From Callorhinchus milii (Eukaryota): a DNA stretch of 64,000 bases. Location: the NCBI RefSeq assembly GCF_018977255.1, contig NW_024704742.1, positions 122,080,001 through 122,144,000 of the forward strand, given 5' to 3'. Positions 24,416-37,679 of this stretch are shown here, piece by piece; positions within the stretch are counted from its first letter, which is position 1, and the number at the start of each line of letters is the position of its first letter. Under the pieces are notes generated by a model. It worked only from the letters and a program-made list of their open reading frames with translations, was not told the DNA's origin and ran no database searches. The position numbers and the translations under genes were made by a program.

Positions 24416-26229
24416 AAGGATTCTCATTAATGTTTAAACATATCCATTTAATGGCACCTCTAAAAGTATTTACCTGTTTAGATATTGGGATTAGTGTGCA
24501 TTCGTTAAATTGAGGGGCTCATGCTGTTTAGTATCATATTGTACTAATATAAGAGTGTGTGGTGAGTGAAAGAAAATGTGACTGTTTCTTTACAAAAGTT
24601 CACAATGAGAAATGAGGACTTATTTTCCCAGAGAGTTAAATTTTCACCTACAATGCTTTCAAACCAGGCTTTGATGTATCCTGTCAAAACAACTTCCTGA
24701 GAGCAGAATATGAACCACAAATTTCATCTGAATAGATCACACAGAATAATTCCACCCACAATGTGGTCAATGCACACACAAGGGATCTCAAAGTTTAGTG
24801 GATTTTGATAAATAGCCTTCTACACTCACAGTTTACAGTGCATTCTGAAGTCTTCAAAGTGTTCCAGCTTTGTCTCACATACCAGCCTGTGTGCTATGGT
24901 AAGTGGACATTGTATGTAAATGTGAATGTCTACCTAGGCTCTGAATACTATGCCATGTACAGTAGTTGCCTGGTGCCTGAAGTAGCTCATATACTTAAGC
25001 TTAAGACCATTGCGTTAAATTTAAGGTTGAGCAGAAGTTTGGAAAATTGTTAATTTCAAACGAAACTTCAGACTTAGCAAGCCAGATTGTAAAAAGTTCT
25101 GTAGAAATCTGTCTTTCAAATTAAGCCTGAATTTAAGAATTTTCCAGATTTTTGCATGAATTTAAATTATAAGACAATATTGTCAGGCTAAGACCATGAG
25201 AAATGTTATACCCAAGAAACGCAGAGTGATGTCATCAACTATTGTCAACAAGTGATGTTATGATAATTTTTCACTCTTGTTGGCAACTCATCTTTATACA
25301 GGTTGCTTCTGTAATGTTTAAACAATTAGTGTTAAATAATTGTTGCTTTTGATATTGCACCTTTTATGACAGGAAAGGAAAGGAAACTACTGTACATGGC
25401 ATAGTATTCAGAGCCTAGGTAGACATTCACATTTACATGTCTCAAAACGCTTCACAAGATTTACCGTAAAGGGCCGTAACAATATTTTGAAGATGAACAT
25501 AGCAGCCATTTTGCACACAGTAATGCCCCGCAAAGAGCCGTGAAAGATGGATTTTATTTGGGGGATTGCTTACTAGGATATCATGAGAAACTCCCTTCAT
25601 AGGACAGTGCCATGGGATATTTAATGTGCACCTGAACATACCTCAATTTTAAAGCTCAATTGAAGGATCTCCTACCAACCAAGGACAGCATATCTTCAGC
25701 ATTGCACTGGAGTATCAGACAGATATGGGACTTGAACCCACAACCCTTTTATTGGCCACCCCTACGACCACATTATAGCGAGGTTTGACTGTATAGGGCA
25801 AAATTGTGCTCCGCTTGAACCCAGAACCTTGTGATTCAGAGGTGAGGTTGCAAATGACTGAGCCAAACTAACAAGCATTTTGACTGAACTGGATCTCACT
25901 TGCACAAAGCAGCATTCCTCACACAATTGCTCCAAGTACTCAGGGAAAAAATGAGTTGTTGAGAACATTGTGTACAAATGTTGTTTGATTTGCAAATAAT
26001 AAGTGCAATTTCATTTTGTGGAGAACAGTGAATGAGGTACAATTGAATAATTGCCTTTGCCTGTCTGACTGGCAGCCTCAGTGTTTTTCTATTGAAGAAA
26101 TGCAGACAGACGTTCAAAAAATAGTTGTCTAGCTGGTTGGGGAACAGTCTGCTGAAGGATTCAGCCAATAATATGGATTTATATTTTATCTATGTAGAGG
26201 ATGGAGAGAGGGTATGGGCAGTGCTGCAA

Positions 26230-26825
26230 TGTCAGCAGTGGCTCAGTTAATAGTGCTCTCGTATCTGAGTCAAAACGTTGGTGGTTCAAACAGAGTCGAA
26301 TTTGATCATTTCCACTATCAGCGCCTTGGAACGTCCTCCCGACGTGAAAGGCGCTCTATAAATGGAATCTTGTTGTTGTTGTTGTATAATGCGGTAGCGT
26401 GGGTGGGAGGGAGGGCACAGGTTACTAAAAGAGTTGCAGGTTCGAGCCCAACGTTGGGAGTTGAACTTACATAGTCTACGCTGACACTCCAATGCAGTGC
26501 TGGGGGTACATTGTGTTGTCAGAGGTGCGGTCATTCAGAAGAGATGTTAAATTGAAGTCCGGCCTGCTTGTTGAAGTGGACCCTGAACATCTCACTGCAG
26601 TTGTCGAAAAGAGGGAATTTCTTACGATGTCCTGGGCAACACTCCCCTCAAAAATAACATTAGTCAATTGCTTCATGGCTGCTTGTGAGACATTGATGTG
26701 CACAATTGGCCCGTTGCGTTCGCCAACAAATACTCAGTCACTCCACTTGACAGTAAAATACAGTAAAGCACTTTGACTCATCCTCCTGATGCTATAAAGG
26801 TGCTACACCAAATCCAAAGATTATT
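26230..26825 (+). mobile_element. Old Deu-type SINE with a short L2 tail inserted at about 26320-26383
   Basis: Head gtcagcagtggctcagtt; insert gcgccttggaacgtcctcccgacgtgaaaggcgctctataaatggaatcttgttg; then the SINE body resumes. Confidence 0.7.
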
Positions 26826-27720
26826 AATGTCAAGTGTGCCATTTTCAGTTAATATTCATTGTCTAGGCTGGGAGAGCGCTGCATTGTTGGAGTTGCTGTC
26901 CTTTCGATGAGATGTTCAACTAAAGTCCCATCTGCATGCTTAGGTGGATATTAATTCTGACCTATATTACTTGATTCAAAAAAGAAGCAAGATTTTCCTG
27001 GTACCCTGACCAATGATCATCTCGGTAAAATTAATCATGAATTTCACACTAATAGTGAGACATTGCTTGGAGCAAATTGTCTGCCGCGTTCACCTACAGG
27101 TACATAGCACTATTCTGTGGAGTACTTTATAACATTATAGTTGCTATATCAAATGCAAAGATTCTTATTAACATTATTGCAATTTTTCAGGTGGACTAAT
27201 GATCCCATTGCTTGCTTGAAAAGGAAGGAATTTTGTCTGCAAAATCAGTCACTGCCCTTGATAATAATAATTAAGAAGCTCTTGGGTATGTTTGGATTTG
27301 ATAAAGACACTATTAAAATGCTAATTCTTTCTCCTGTTAGGGACAATCTCCCATTTGGCATGACAGAGGGTGATGCATGAAAGAGATTGTCAGGTCATCA
27401 TCGAGGCCATTTTAATGTATAGTTCATTTAGACTTAGTTCATTGTTCAGAAATGGAAAAGCAGGCAAAGCATCAGATTTCGTATGAAAATGGTGTCTCCT
27501 CATTGCTTGACCGCGTAGAATTAACTACTTCATACATAAGGAATGACAAATTAGGTGGGATCCTAGACAGCTGCCAGTGCTCAAGAATCAAACCCCAGCA
27601 AAAGATGTCACTTTAGGGAGAAAAAAAGCAAGCTCGAGACGATTGCAGCCTTGTATTTTATACTGCAACCTGTTAGAAGGTGAAGTGGTTTACGTATTAA
27701 AAATCTTCTCTTTGTTTAAA

Positions 27721-27897
27721 CAATAAACTCCTGATAACTCAACCCTGTCTTAACTTGTTACTATCAATTAAGTCAACATGCTGTCAATATTCCGTTGCAA
27801 TTATTTATGTATTTATAGAATTGCCTAACATGACACTCTGGATAACTCGTCACTGAGCCCGTTTCCCTTGGAGTGATGAGTTATCAGGAGCTTACTG
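27721..27897. mobile_element. Tc1/mariner (pogo/Tigger-like) MITE, ~177 bp
   Basis: TIRs caataaactcctgataactc and gagttatcaggagcttactg; second copy at 36693. Confidence 0.8.
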
Positions 27898-28409
27898 CTT
27901 AACCGAGAAAATGTACAGTGAAAGTGTTTATATTTTTGCTGTCCACTCCATTTCTCTTGTTTTGTGGATAGTTATGGTACACATCATGGCTTCCTATGAG
28001 ACATTGCTGTTCATAAAATTGTGTCATGCGATCATCTACAAACACACAGTCACTACACTCTACAATAAATCCTGTGAAGCACTTTGAGATGTTTCAATGT
28101 GCTGTATCAAGTGTGACGGTTATTGTTATTCTCATTTTATTGTTACCTATATAACATAAATGCATGTAAAAGTGTTAGTGTACCAGCTGAAATAATCCAC
28201 CCCATATGGTTGGAAGTTTTTTTTGCAATTAAATAGTTCCATATTAGAAACATAGTTGGCTGGCACCGCAATCTTTGTTAAAAACAGGGATAAAATCCAT
28301 TCAACAAAATCTTTAAAGTAACGCTGAAGGAAATTGCATGGGAAGTTCCTGAATTCCCTTCGTACAAAAATACAATTCATTATCATGACTGGGATTGTAA
28401 TCGGGAATG

Positions 28410-28595
28410 TATGTAGCCCTCACCTATGAGCTCAAGACTCTCCTCTTTGACTGCGCCTTCGGTCATCCCCCTACCCCTACTCTCCCTGCCTCCACCCCTC
28501 CTAATCCCAATCCTCAAATCAAATCCCTGACTGTCCAGCACCTTGGGACGTCCTCCCGACGTGAAAGGTGCTATACAAATGTAATTTGTCGTGTT
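28410..28595 (+). mobile_element. L2 3' fragment
   Basis: LKTLLFDCAF; ccttgggacgtcctcccgacgtgaaaggtgctatac tail. Confidence 0.8.
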
Positions 28596-29279
28596 TGTAG
28601 GTGACAATCTAATTAAGCAGCTCCTTATAAATGTCAAAATGTCTGTGAATCAGGAATTCAAAGAAAAAATGGCTCTGTATCAAATTCATCAGAGCTGTTT
28701 TTCTGAATGGAGCAGCATAATCCCATATCATATCCATTCTGGTGGATCAGGGTTAACAGCCTTCCAGCTTTGAGCAGATTTATTCTTGTAATTCTAGTGG
28801 GATTTATTCTGGTGTCTCGAAATGCATGATGTAGTTGGCCCACAGAGATCTAAGTTTCTGAGGACCTGCTGGGAGTTCCAAGTTAGTGGAGGAACATTTA
28901 ATCTGCTATAAAAATTATAAACTCATAAAAGATGAATCTACACTGATTGATGATACTTAAGACAGTTGTGGCATTTTAGTTTGAACCTAAAACATTGCAC
29001 ACAAGTTATTCTAACATCATCTGATGGATACCATTGACAAATAATAATAATCTTTGCATTTGTTATAGTGCCTCATCACGTCATTGAGACGTCTCAAAGC
29101 CTTTCACAGAGTATACTCAATGGCAAGCTATGCTGTTTTAGGTGTTGAGATTCCAGCAGTACCACATCGCATACTCTGGGAACCACAAACCTTGGCTCTT
29201 GCCAACATGTGTCCAATACTTTCAGGAATTAGGTAATAAGGATGCTTCCTTCCAGGGAGAGAGTGTACATTCCTTTCCA

Positions 29280-30110
29280 ACAATCTGGTGAAATGGGCAG
29301 ACACATGGCAGATGAAGTTTAATGCAGAGAAATATGAGGTGATGCATTTTGGGAGGAAGAATAAGGAGAGACAATAAACAGTACAGTTTTCAAGCAGGTA
29401 CAGGAGCAGAGAGACCTGGGGGTTCACATACACAGGTCTTTGAAGGTAGCAGGACAGGTTAATAGATTTGTTAAAAAACAATTTGGATTTATAAATAGCG
29501 GCATAGAGTACAAAAGCAAGGAAGATCTGCTAAACCTTTAGAAGTCACTGGCTAGGCCTCAGCTGGAGTATTGTGTCCAATTTTGTGCACCTCACTATAG
29601 GAAGGATATCAAGGCCTTGGAGAGATGTACAGATGTGATTTACCAAAATGATACCAGGGATGAGGGACTTTACGTGGAGAGACTAGAGAAGCTGGGATTG
29701 CATTCTTTAGAGCAGAGAAGGTTAAGAGGAGATTTAATAGAGGTGTTCAAAATTATGAGGGGTTTTGATAGAGTAGATAGGGAGAAACTGTTTCCACTGG
29801 CAGGTGAGTCGATAACCAGAGCACATAGATTCAAGATAATTGGCAAAAGAACCAGAGGGGAGATGAGGAGAATTTTTTTTACACAGAGAGTTGTTATGGT
29901 CAAGAATGTACTGCCTGAAAGGGTGGTGGAAACTGATTCAATAACAACTTTAAAAAGAGAATTGGATAGGTACTTGAAGAGGAAAAAATTGCAAGGATAT
30001 GGGGAGAGAGTGAGGGAGTGGGACTGATTGGGTAACTCTTCCAAAGAGCCGGCACAGGTACAATGGGGCGAATGGCTCCTTCTGTGCTGTAATGTTGTGT
30101 GATTCTAATC
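29280..30110 (+). mobile_element. CR1-clade LINE 3' ~830 bp
   Basis: WADTWQMKFNAEK...; ORF 29617-30027 ERLEKLGLHSLEQRRLRGDLIEVFKIMRGFDRVDREKLFPL; 3'UTR gggcgaatggctccttctgtgctgt. Confidence 0.93.
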
Positions 30111-30111
30111 T

Positions 30112-30430
30112 ATAATAATAATAATAATCCTTGCATTTGATATAGCGCTTTTCACGTCGGGAGGACATCCCAAAGTGCTTCACAGAATATACTGTAAAGT
30201 GAATTGACTGTATATTTGTGGGCTAACGCGGCAGCCAATTGCGCACAGCAATGTCCCACAAACAGTCATGGATTGAAAATGACCAATTTTATTATTGTTT
30301 TGTTTTTGGAGGGATTATTATTAGGCGTGTGGAGAAGGAAACTTGCCCAAGGTTTCGCCCTGCCTGGAATTGAACTCAGGTCTCTCGCTTGCAAAGCGAG
30401 TGCTCTAACCACTGAGCTACAGGACTCCAC
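30112..30430 (-). mobile_element. Young full-length tRNA-Ala SINE, tail-to-tail with the CR1
   Basis: Complete reverse-complement copy ending ...actgagctacaggactccac. Confidence 0.95.
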
Positions 30431-32563
30431 ATCTCTGGAATTTCCATGTATAGATGGGATGCATGGAACTCTCAGTTTGGTTTGGATACTCTTACGCATG
30501 GTGAATGGTTTCTGCATGTGCCAGCCACCTGGTTGATCTCCCCCACCCCCCCGCCAAAAAAAATGGGGGTTGATAAAAAGTCGCTTTTTTATTTGAAATA
30601 GGCTGGTGCTATGCCCAGCTGCCTGATCTGAGCAGTTGTTGAGGCTACTCCCAACCTTTCCTTGCACGTACAGAAACAAACTTTGAAACATCAAGCAGGG
30701 GCTTGCAATTTTTAGACCTACTTGTCAGCTTAATTATTTTCTCACTTGTAATCGCAGTTTACACCACGGTTCTATGAAAAAGCATAATTAAACTTGCAAC
30801 AAAATCTGTTGTGCTTTGCAAGGAGATTCATAAAGCATCTCATCTGGAGATATGGCTGGACCTATAAATTGATTTTGTTTTAGAAGCAAATTTAATAACT
30901 ATTTTGCTGCCTGACTTATCAACAGCAGTGATGTTATAGTATTCCCCTTCTAACTGGTTCACTTAGCTTGGCCCTGTTGAACAGCTGTTTTAGAATTGAC
31001 TGCCTTTATTCTAATATGTTTCAGCAAATTATAAACCTAATGCGGGTTTATGTAAGATAAAGAAAATGTTTTTGAACTTATGACGCAAGATAAGTACTCA
31101 AAGATTGAAAGAATATTATTGGTAGAGATGATACTGATTATTTTACACTGTAATAGTGCCAAGATAATTGGATTTCCACTCTGACTGATGTCTGCAGCCA
31201 ACCCTGTTGCTACCTGCATCACTCTTTTGTAGAGACCCAGCCAGTATTTCTAATTCCTAGTTTTTCTGATGAGGAACCTTGAATATTCCACTGGACACAC
31301 TAGATCCACAAGCAGTTAGCATGATAGAAGGGAGATTCTCCCGATGTCCAGGTCACCAGTCATCGTTTTTCTCCATCCCCCACCCATCACCACCACCATC
31401 ACCAAGCTAAAATTTGTCACTCACTTCATTGGCTGTTTGTGCAATATTTATGTGCACAAATTGGCTGCCACTTTTTCCTGCAAACACATTTCACAGTAAA
31501 TCCAAAATGCTTTGAGACATTTTAGCAAATTAATTGCAAGGATAATTATCAGCAAAAATACCAACACATAGAAAATTAAAATGGATATTTCCTGATCATG
31601 CAGGAACTTGTATGAGCCAGACTCAGTTGGTAGCACTCTCATTTTCAAGTTAGAAGGTTTGGGCTTCAAACCCCACATCAAAACTTGAACTCACATGGTC
31701 TCATATGGCACTCGTTGCTGTGTGCCACATTCACCTACAAATACACAGTCACTCCACTTTCACAATACAACCTGTGTTTTTGGATACCTCATCACGTAAA
31801 AGGTCTGATACCAAATGCAAGCATTATAATTATTAATTGCTGCAAAATTTGTTGGTGATGGAAATGTCTTAATGAAAATCTAGAAAAAAGTATTGTGCTT
31901 CCTCCCTTTCATTCCCCTGGCAATGGTATTTTATATCTAAAATTTCGTGATTATTCCGGTTAAAATTTCAGAGCGCCCTTTGTGTATAATAATGTCTCAG
32001 AGCGCATAACAGTGATGGTGATAGAAACTCCAAGTGAGGTAACCAGAGGTATGGTTGAAGAGGGGACTTCCTGCAGAGGTAGAATTGGAAAGCCTAGCCA
32101 AGGGACAAGTGGGCAAGGGACGCACAACAAATCCGAGTTAGCCAAGCGGAGGGCACGATCAAAGTGAATGGGAGGAGATTGGAGAGATAGGGAGGTGCTA
32201 GAGCATGATAGGATTTAGAGGTGAGTCGAATTGGCCAAGCAACCTCAAAAACAAGTAAATAAATTATTTTAAGATGGCATTTTTTTACCTCCCTTAAGTG
32301 ACATCTTTTGCTAGTGGTTTATTCCATGAGCAATGGCAACTGTCTGGGACCTTACCTAATTTGCCAGTCCTTATGTATGAGGCTAGATGGTGGGTGTCCA
32401 CAGGCTAGTTTACTGTGGTGAGTAATAAAACTGAGTCTGCTCCAGTTCTCACCTGACATCCACATGCTCAGACAATGAGCAGAGGTCATAGGATGACAAT
32501 CAGGAGTAGAAAGCTGGCTATTTTTCTCCCCTCTTTGTTCAAGAGGTATATACCAGGGGTATT

Positions 32564-32883
32564 GTGAAGTCCTGTAGCTCAGTAATTAGAGCACTTGCCT
32601 CGCAAGCAAGAGACCTGGGTTCGATTCCCAGCAGGGCGAAACCTTGGGCACGTTTCCTTACTCCACACGCCTAATAATAATCCCTCAAGAAAAAGACAAT
32701 AATAAAAAAAATTGGTTGCTTCAATCCATGACTGTTTGTGGGACACTGCCATGCTCAATTGACTGCCGTGTTTTGCTCACAAATATACAGTCAATTCACT
32801 TTACAGTATATTCTTTGAAGCGCTTTGAGACGTCTAGAAGAAGTGAAAAAGCGCTATATCAAATGCAAGGATTATTATTATTA
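32564..32883 (+). mobile_element. Full-length tRNA-Ala SINE
   Basis: gtgaagtcctgtagctcag...gggttcgattccc (canonical B box)...gagacgtctagaagaagtg...ggattattatta. Confidence 0.93.
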
Positions 32884-32945
32884 ATATATTCTCATCAACT
32901 GAAGCATTCCAACTGCTGCACTGGTTGAGATCAGCTTTCTCAGCT

Positions 32946-33134
32946 GAGGGGGTTTGCAATCCCAGAAATCCTGATCCAGTATAAAAATCTCAGGAATTAA
33001 AGAAGAGAATCCTGGGATTTGGGATTGTATTATTAAAAAACAAGTTCCTGGTGTTTTTCTGAAGAAACCGGGATTTAGGGCACTCAAATCCCAAAATCCT
33101 AGGATTAAAAAAAGTACCGGAATTGCAATTCCTA
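32946..33134. mobile_element. hAT-like non-autonomous element (MITE)
   Basis: Imperfect TIRs gggtttgcaatccc and ggaattgcaattccta; repeated subterminal aatccc/gggatt motifs; interrupts the family Y SINE. Confidence 0.6.
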
Positions 33135-36100
33135 TTCTGCACAACCAAGGATTGAACCAGCAACCTTCTGATGTGTATGATTTATATTGTTCATTAACTT
33201 TACACACTGGGTCATTATAATAATATAAAAAGTGCATTAGATTTTTTAATATATATATTTTATATATATTTTAAGAGCTGCGAAATGCCGTCCAATGTGA
33301 AGGGCATTATATAAATGCAAGTTGTTGTTGTTTCATATCGGGAGGATGTCTCAAAAAGCTTCACAGGATTCACTGTAAAGTTTAGTGACTATCATTTTGT
33401 AGCCGAATGTGGCACCCAATTTGCACACAACAGTGTCCGACACACAGCCATGAAGAGAATGACTAATTTTATGTGGCGGAATGTCGGTTAAGACACTGGG
33501 AGAAACTCCCTTCTTAAACTAAAAATAAAGCCACAGTAAGTAATTGTAATGTATTCTATTAGGGCTGTGGTGGCAGATAATTTCCAAAAGTTCCCACAAA
33601 CAACATTTTTACAAATAGTAGGAGAAAGAAATCCTTCTGTGGAATAAGTAAAAGTTGCTCCACGAATAAAAAGTTTTGGTGACATATTAATAGTCTAGAA
33701 CAAAATTAATTATTTGTGGATAAGGAAATACTTACCAATTAGCTACTGAAAATGGAATTTATGATTAAGCTTAAGCGCAAGCTGCTTGTAAATTATTTGC
33801 TTTCTTTTCCTTGTGAAATAAATTCTGTCTCTGCAGCTGGTTGTTTGGATATACTCCGTAGTTGCACTTTATGGCGCTTAATTCTTCCAATTCAGTAATG
33901 TTTGGAAAATGTGTTTGATATTGTAAGCCTTTCATACTTTCACGGGAGAAATAACATAGGGGTGACAATTGTGACATTCAATGTACAAATTATCACTGGT
34001 GGTGAGTTTGTAATGAAATGTTTTCAAATGTCAGAACATTTGAACGACTGAGTGAGTGAATGAGTATTAGAGGTAAATGTGCAGAAAGGGTTTTAAGAGC
34101 ATGTGTGGGAGTGACTGATGCGCGAACACTGACTGATCTGGTGTCCAACCTCAGTGTAAGAAACACAGAGATACATAAATAATAATAATCCGTGGATTTG
34201 ATATAGTGCATTATCACGTCCACAAGACATCTCAAAGTGCTTCACATGATATACTGTAAAGTGGATTGACGGTGTCTTTTGTGGACAAAAAGCAGCAACC
34301 AGCTTTCACAAAGCAATGGAGTGAGTGACCAATTTTATTTTGAGATATGTTGAAGGCCCTTATAACGGCATTCCCCTGTACTACGTACAAATAGGCTGCT
34401 CAGATTGGATCAGGATAGGTTACGGATCAAGTCCCCACCCTTGAGAAAAACAATTCCTATGAGCAGAATTGACCTAAAAGCAGCAGAATGTGAAAATGCA
34501 GCCTTGTGTCTTTGTTCACTCTGCATTTTTGTATTTATATCCACAGTTCATGCCGTCAGTACATCTGGATGTTGTAGCTACATTTCCTTCACTGGCACAC
34601 TATCTGAAGAGGATATTATTCTGCCTTTATCACTACCAATGAAGGCAAATCATCTAACCAGTTCTTGTGCCTTTGTGAATGCTGCTATAATACCCCCAAA
34701 GTGAAACAGTAAGATTTAATCAGAATAATGAATGATTCAGACCTGATCTTTTTTTCTTAGCTTGTAACTGGCACCCAGAGACTTGTAACTTATGCAAAAA
34801 GGAATTTAAGTGTTACACTGTAATTGTTGTGAACAAAGACATGATATTTAATTATGCCAAAGTGTGGTATTTTATAATAATACCTGAAAGTGTGTTTGTG
34901 AGAAAATACATGCAGATACCCAACTCAGTTTAGACAAAGAATTTAGAGGCTGATTCCTTTGTGTATGGATTCAAAAAATAATGCAATCCTTGTTGCCTTC
35001 CTTCTCACTTAGTTTTGCACTTAATCTGAATCATCGCACTCCACCTCCTCTTCCTTCTTTTTGTATAAACATTGCTGGCCTCTTGTGACAACAGTGGCTG
35101 ACTTCAGAACAGAAATACATCAGCCACATAGTACAAGGCAATTGTGACATAATTGCAAGTCAAAAACATTACACCATCACAAGCGATGAAAATGGAATCC
35201 TTAAATGTTAAATGAGATTCTCAGACCATAAAATACCAAAGTAATGGGTCACAATTTTTTTACGATCCTTATTTTTGAACTCAAAAGTCAACAGTATTTT
35301 TACTTAAAGTCGTGGGCATGTTGAAGAGGCTGAATGTGCTTTGAGAGCTGCGCGCATTCGGATACTGACGCTGTCGGCACATGATTGGACTGTGACCAGG
35401 GTTACTCCAGAGATCTCTTTTGTGTTAAACTCTCTGACCTTGTGGCTTCACAGACATAGAAAGAATATAATTGCTCCCCTGCAAAATGTTGAATTTTTCT
35501 TGCACCTCTCTCTCTATCATTGTCTCTGTTGTCTTGTTAATTTACACGACAATTTAACACTGTTTTAAGATTGGTGTAATTTTGTTTCCTGTTTTGAACC
35601 TCAGTGAAATGGAGAGTAAATGAGTACAGAGTATGCTGTGTTTTGGACAGAATCTCAACTTTTTCAAGAGCTGAAATGAAAAACAGGATTTTTTTGTTGC
35701 TCAGCAAAATGTTTGAAGCTTATACGACAGGTATCATTTGATCCATTGAGCAATGAATTACTGCAATTCATATTCAAAATACACAGCTACAAAATGAACA
35801 GGCACTGCACTCTACATTTAACCCTGTTAAGTATTTTGAGATGCTTTGACAATGTGTTAAAGCACTATATCAAATGCATGTATTATTGTTAATAATATTG
35901 GGGTGAGAATGCAGTAGGTAATGTGCTAAATGGTAATAATTATTACATCACTGAAACATACCATTCTCCCCGTCAGAGGCAGATTTGGATTGCACTTTTT
36001 TGTGATGTAATGGTTATCACCATTGGTATAATAAAAATATTAATAATAATATTTGCATTTGATACAGCCCTTTTCACACCCGGAGGGCTTCACATGATTT

Positions 36101-36692
36101 ACTGTGAAGTGTAAGGAATGTATTTTGTAGGCAAGCATGGCCGCCAATTTTCACACAGCAAAGGCCCAGAACTAGGCATGAAGGGAATGACCAATAAAAC
36201 AACAACAACTTGCATTTATATTGCACCATTCACGCAGGGTAGCATCCCTGAGCACCTCTACAACATGCATGTTGCACTTTTATCCCATTATTACTGTTAA
36301 GTTGTTGTTGTTGTCGACCCTAATGGAAATGGCAACGGTAATAAATGAATGTAAAAAAAATTGTGAAAAAAATTAATTAAGCTTATCTGACTTACATCAT
36401 CATCTGGGTCTTATGCTCATGACCCTCTCAGATCCGCTTGATTTTTCTTCCTGCTTTGGCACAAAATAGCACTTGCATCTGCTCCATTCTGCCAGGAATT
36501 TCTTTGAATAAAATACAAAGCGACTTGCACAGAATTTTCCAAACCGGAATTCAGAAACAGACAGTGACTGTTGCACAGATGAGTTACTTTCTGCTTTTTT
36601 TTCTAAACAAGTCACCTTTAATCAGAATGTCTTTACTCAGTATCCAAGACTAGGGAGCCTTGGTGGCATTGCTGATCTTGGTTACTTATATA

Positions 36693-36870
36693 CCGCAAAC
36701 TCCTGATAACTCGACCATGGCATAACTTGTCACTACCACTTAAGTCATCATGCTTCAATATCCCTGCTGCATTTATTTATGTATTAATGCATATGTCTAA
36801 CATGCCACTCTGCTTAACTCGTGGACTGAGCCCTTTACCCTTGGAGTGATGAGTTATCAGGAGTTTATTG
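36693..36870. mobile_element. Tc1/mariner-type MITE, second copy, with TA target duplication
   Basis: ta|ccgcaaactcctgataactc ... gagttatcaggagtttattg|ta; interior colinear with the 27721 copy. Confidence 0.82.
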
Positions 36871-37679
36871 TATTTTGAACTGCTATTTAACTCAGCCTAT
36901 TCCTCTTCACAATTCAAGGTTAAAAGTGGGGTGAGAAGGCAAGTGATAACATGAAGTGGGCATGAAAAAGAAACCATTAGTTACCAGGAATAAACTGGGT
37001 CCCCATTCCCCTCCTAAACATCCTATGGCTCAGGATTTCACTGTTCAGTGGGAAGGCATATGTTCTCTTCAGAATAAGTGACGCAAATCTGCTCTTATAA
37101 TTGGATTTTTTCACAGTAATCTCCAGTCACCAAAGCTGCCGCACTTAACAGCAAAGGGAATTTCATCGTTAGGATTTTGTGAAGCTGCCAATATATATGT
37201 CTGTCATTGTGATCCACAAAAGCCGAAAGGATTGTACTGTAAACTTTAACTTGGCCAAAAATATATTTTTTCAAACTCCTTTATATTACAGTAGCTGGCC
37301 TGTTAGCATGTAAGTGAGTAAAATAAATAACACTGGATATTCTCTCCTTTCCTTTGGAAAGCTTGACAGTGAAGCAAAACCTTGAGCAATTAATTGCTCA
37401 GGACGTCACCAAATCTCTAGCTCAGCTTGTAGCTGGTCATAGTATTTGGACATCTGCATGAAACCTGCTTCCTGCGTCACACGTAGGGAATCTCCATCTG
37501 CACGGCTTGAGAGAGATTAGAAGCTTACGTTTTATAAATGTGGAAGTATCACACACAGAGCAAGTGAGTTGACTGGTTTGCCTTTAGTCATTGAAGAGGA
37601 TTATGTGGATTACCTCACCATTGTGCAGTTACTTCACATGATTAATGTAACACACCAATTTATACTAACAAATAATAAA

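Larger units (their letters stand above)
29125..30536. repeat. Family X copy split by a CR1 (29280-30110) and a SINE (30112-30430)
   Basis: ...ggctcttgccaac...ggaattaggtaa...gtacattcctttcca | atctctggaatttcc...ggaactctcagtttggtttggatactctta matches the reverse complement of 53860-54030. Confidence 0.7.
32310..33180 (-). mobile_element. Family Y old SINE interrupted by a young SINE and a hAT-like MITE
   Basis: Segments 32310-32563, 32884-32945 and 33135-33180 rejoin (gagatcagctttctcagc | gcacaaccaaggattgaacc) to match the 44090 copy. Confidence 0.6.

Noticed and set aside
34548..34645. Acceptor-like ttgtatttatatccacag within ORF 34405-34704
   Set aside because: No good GT donor downstream and no recognisable peptide in any frame.
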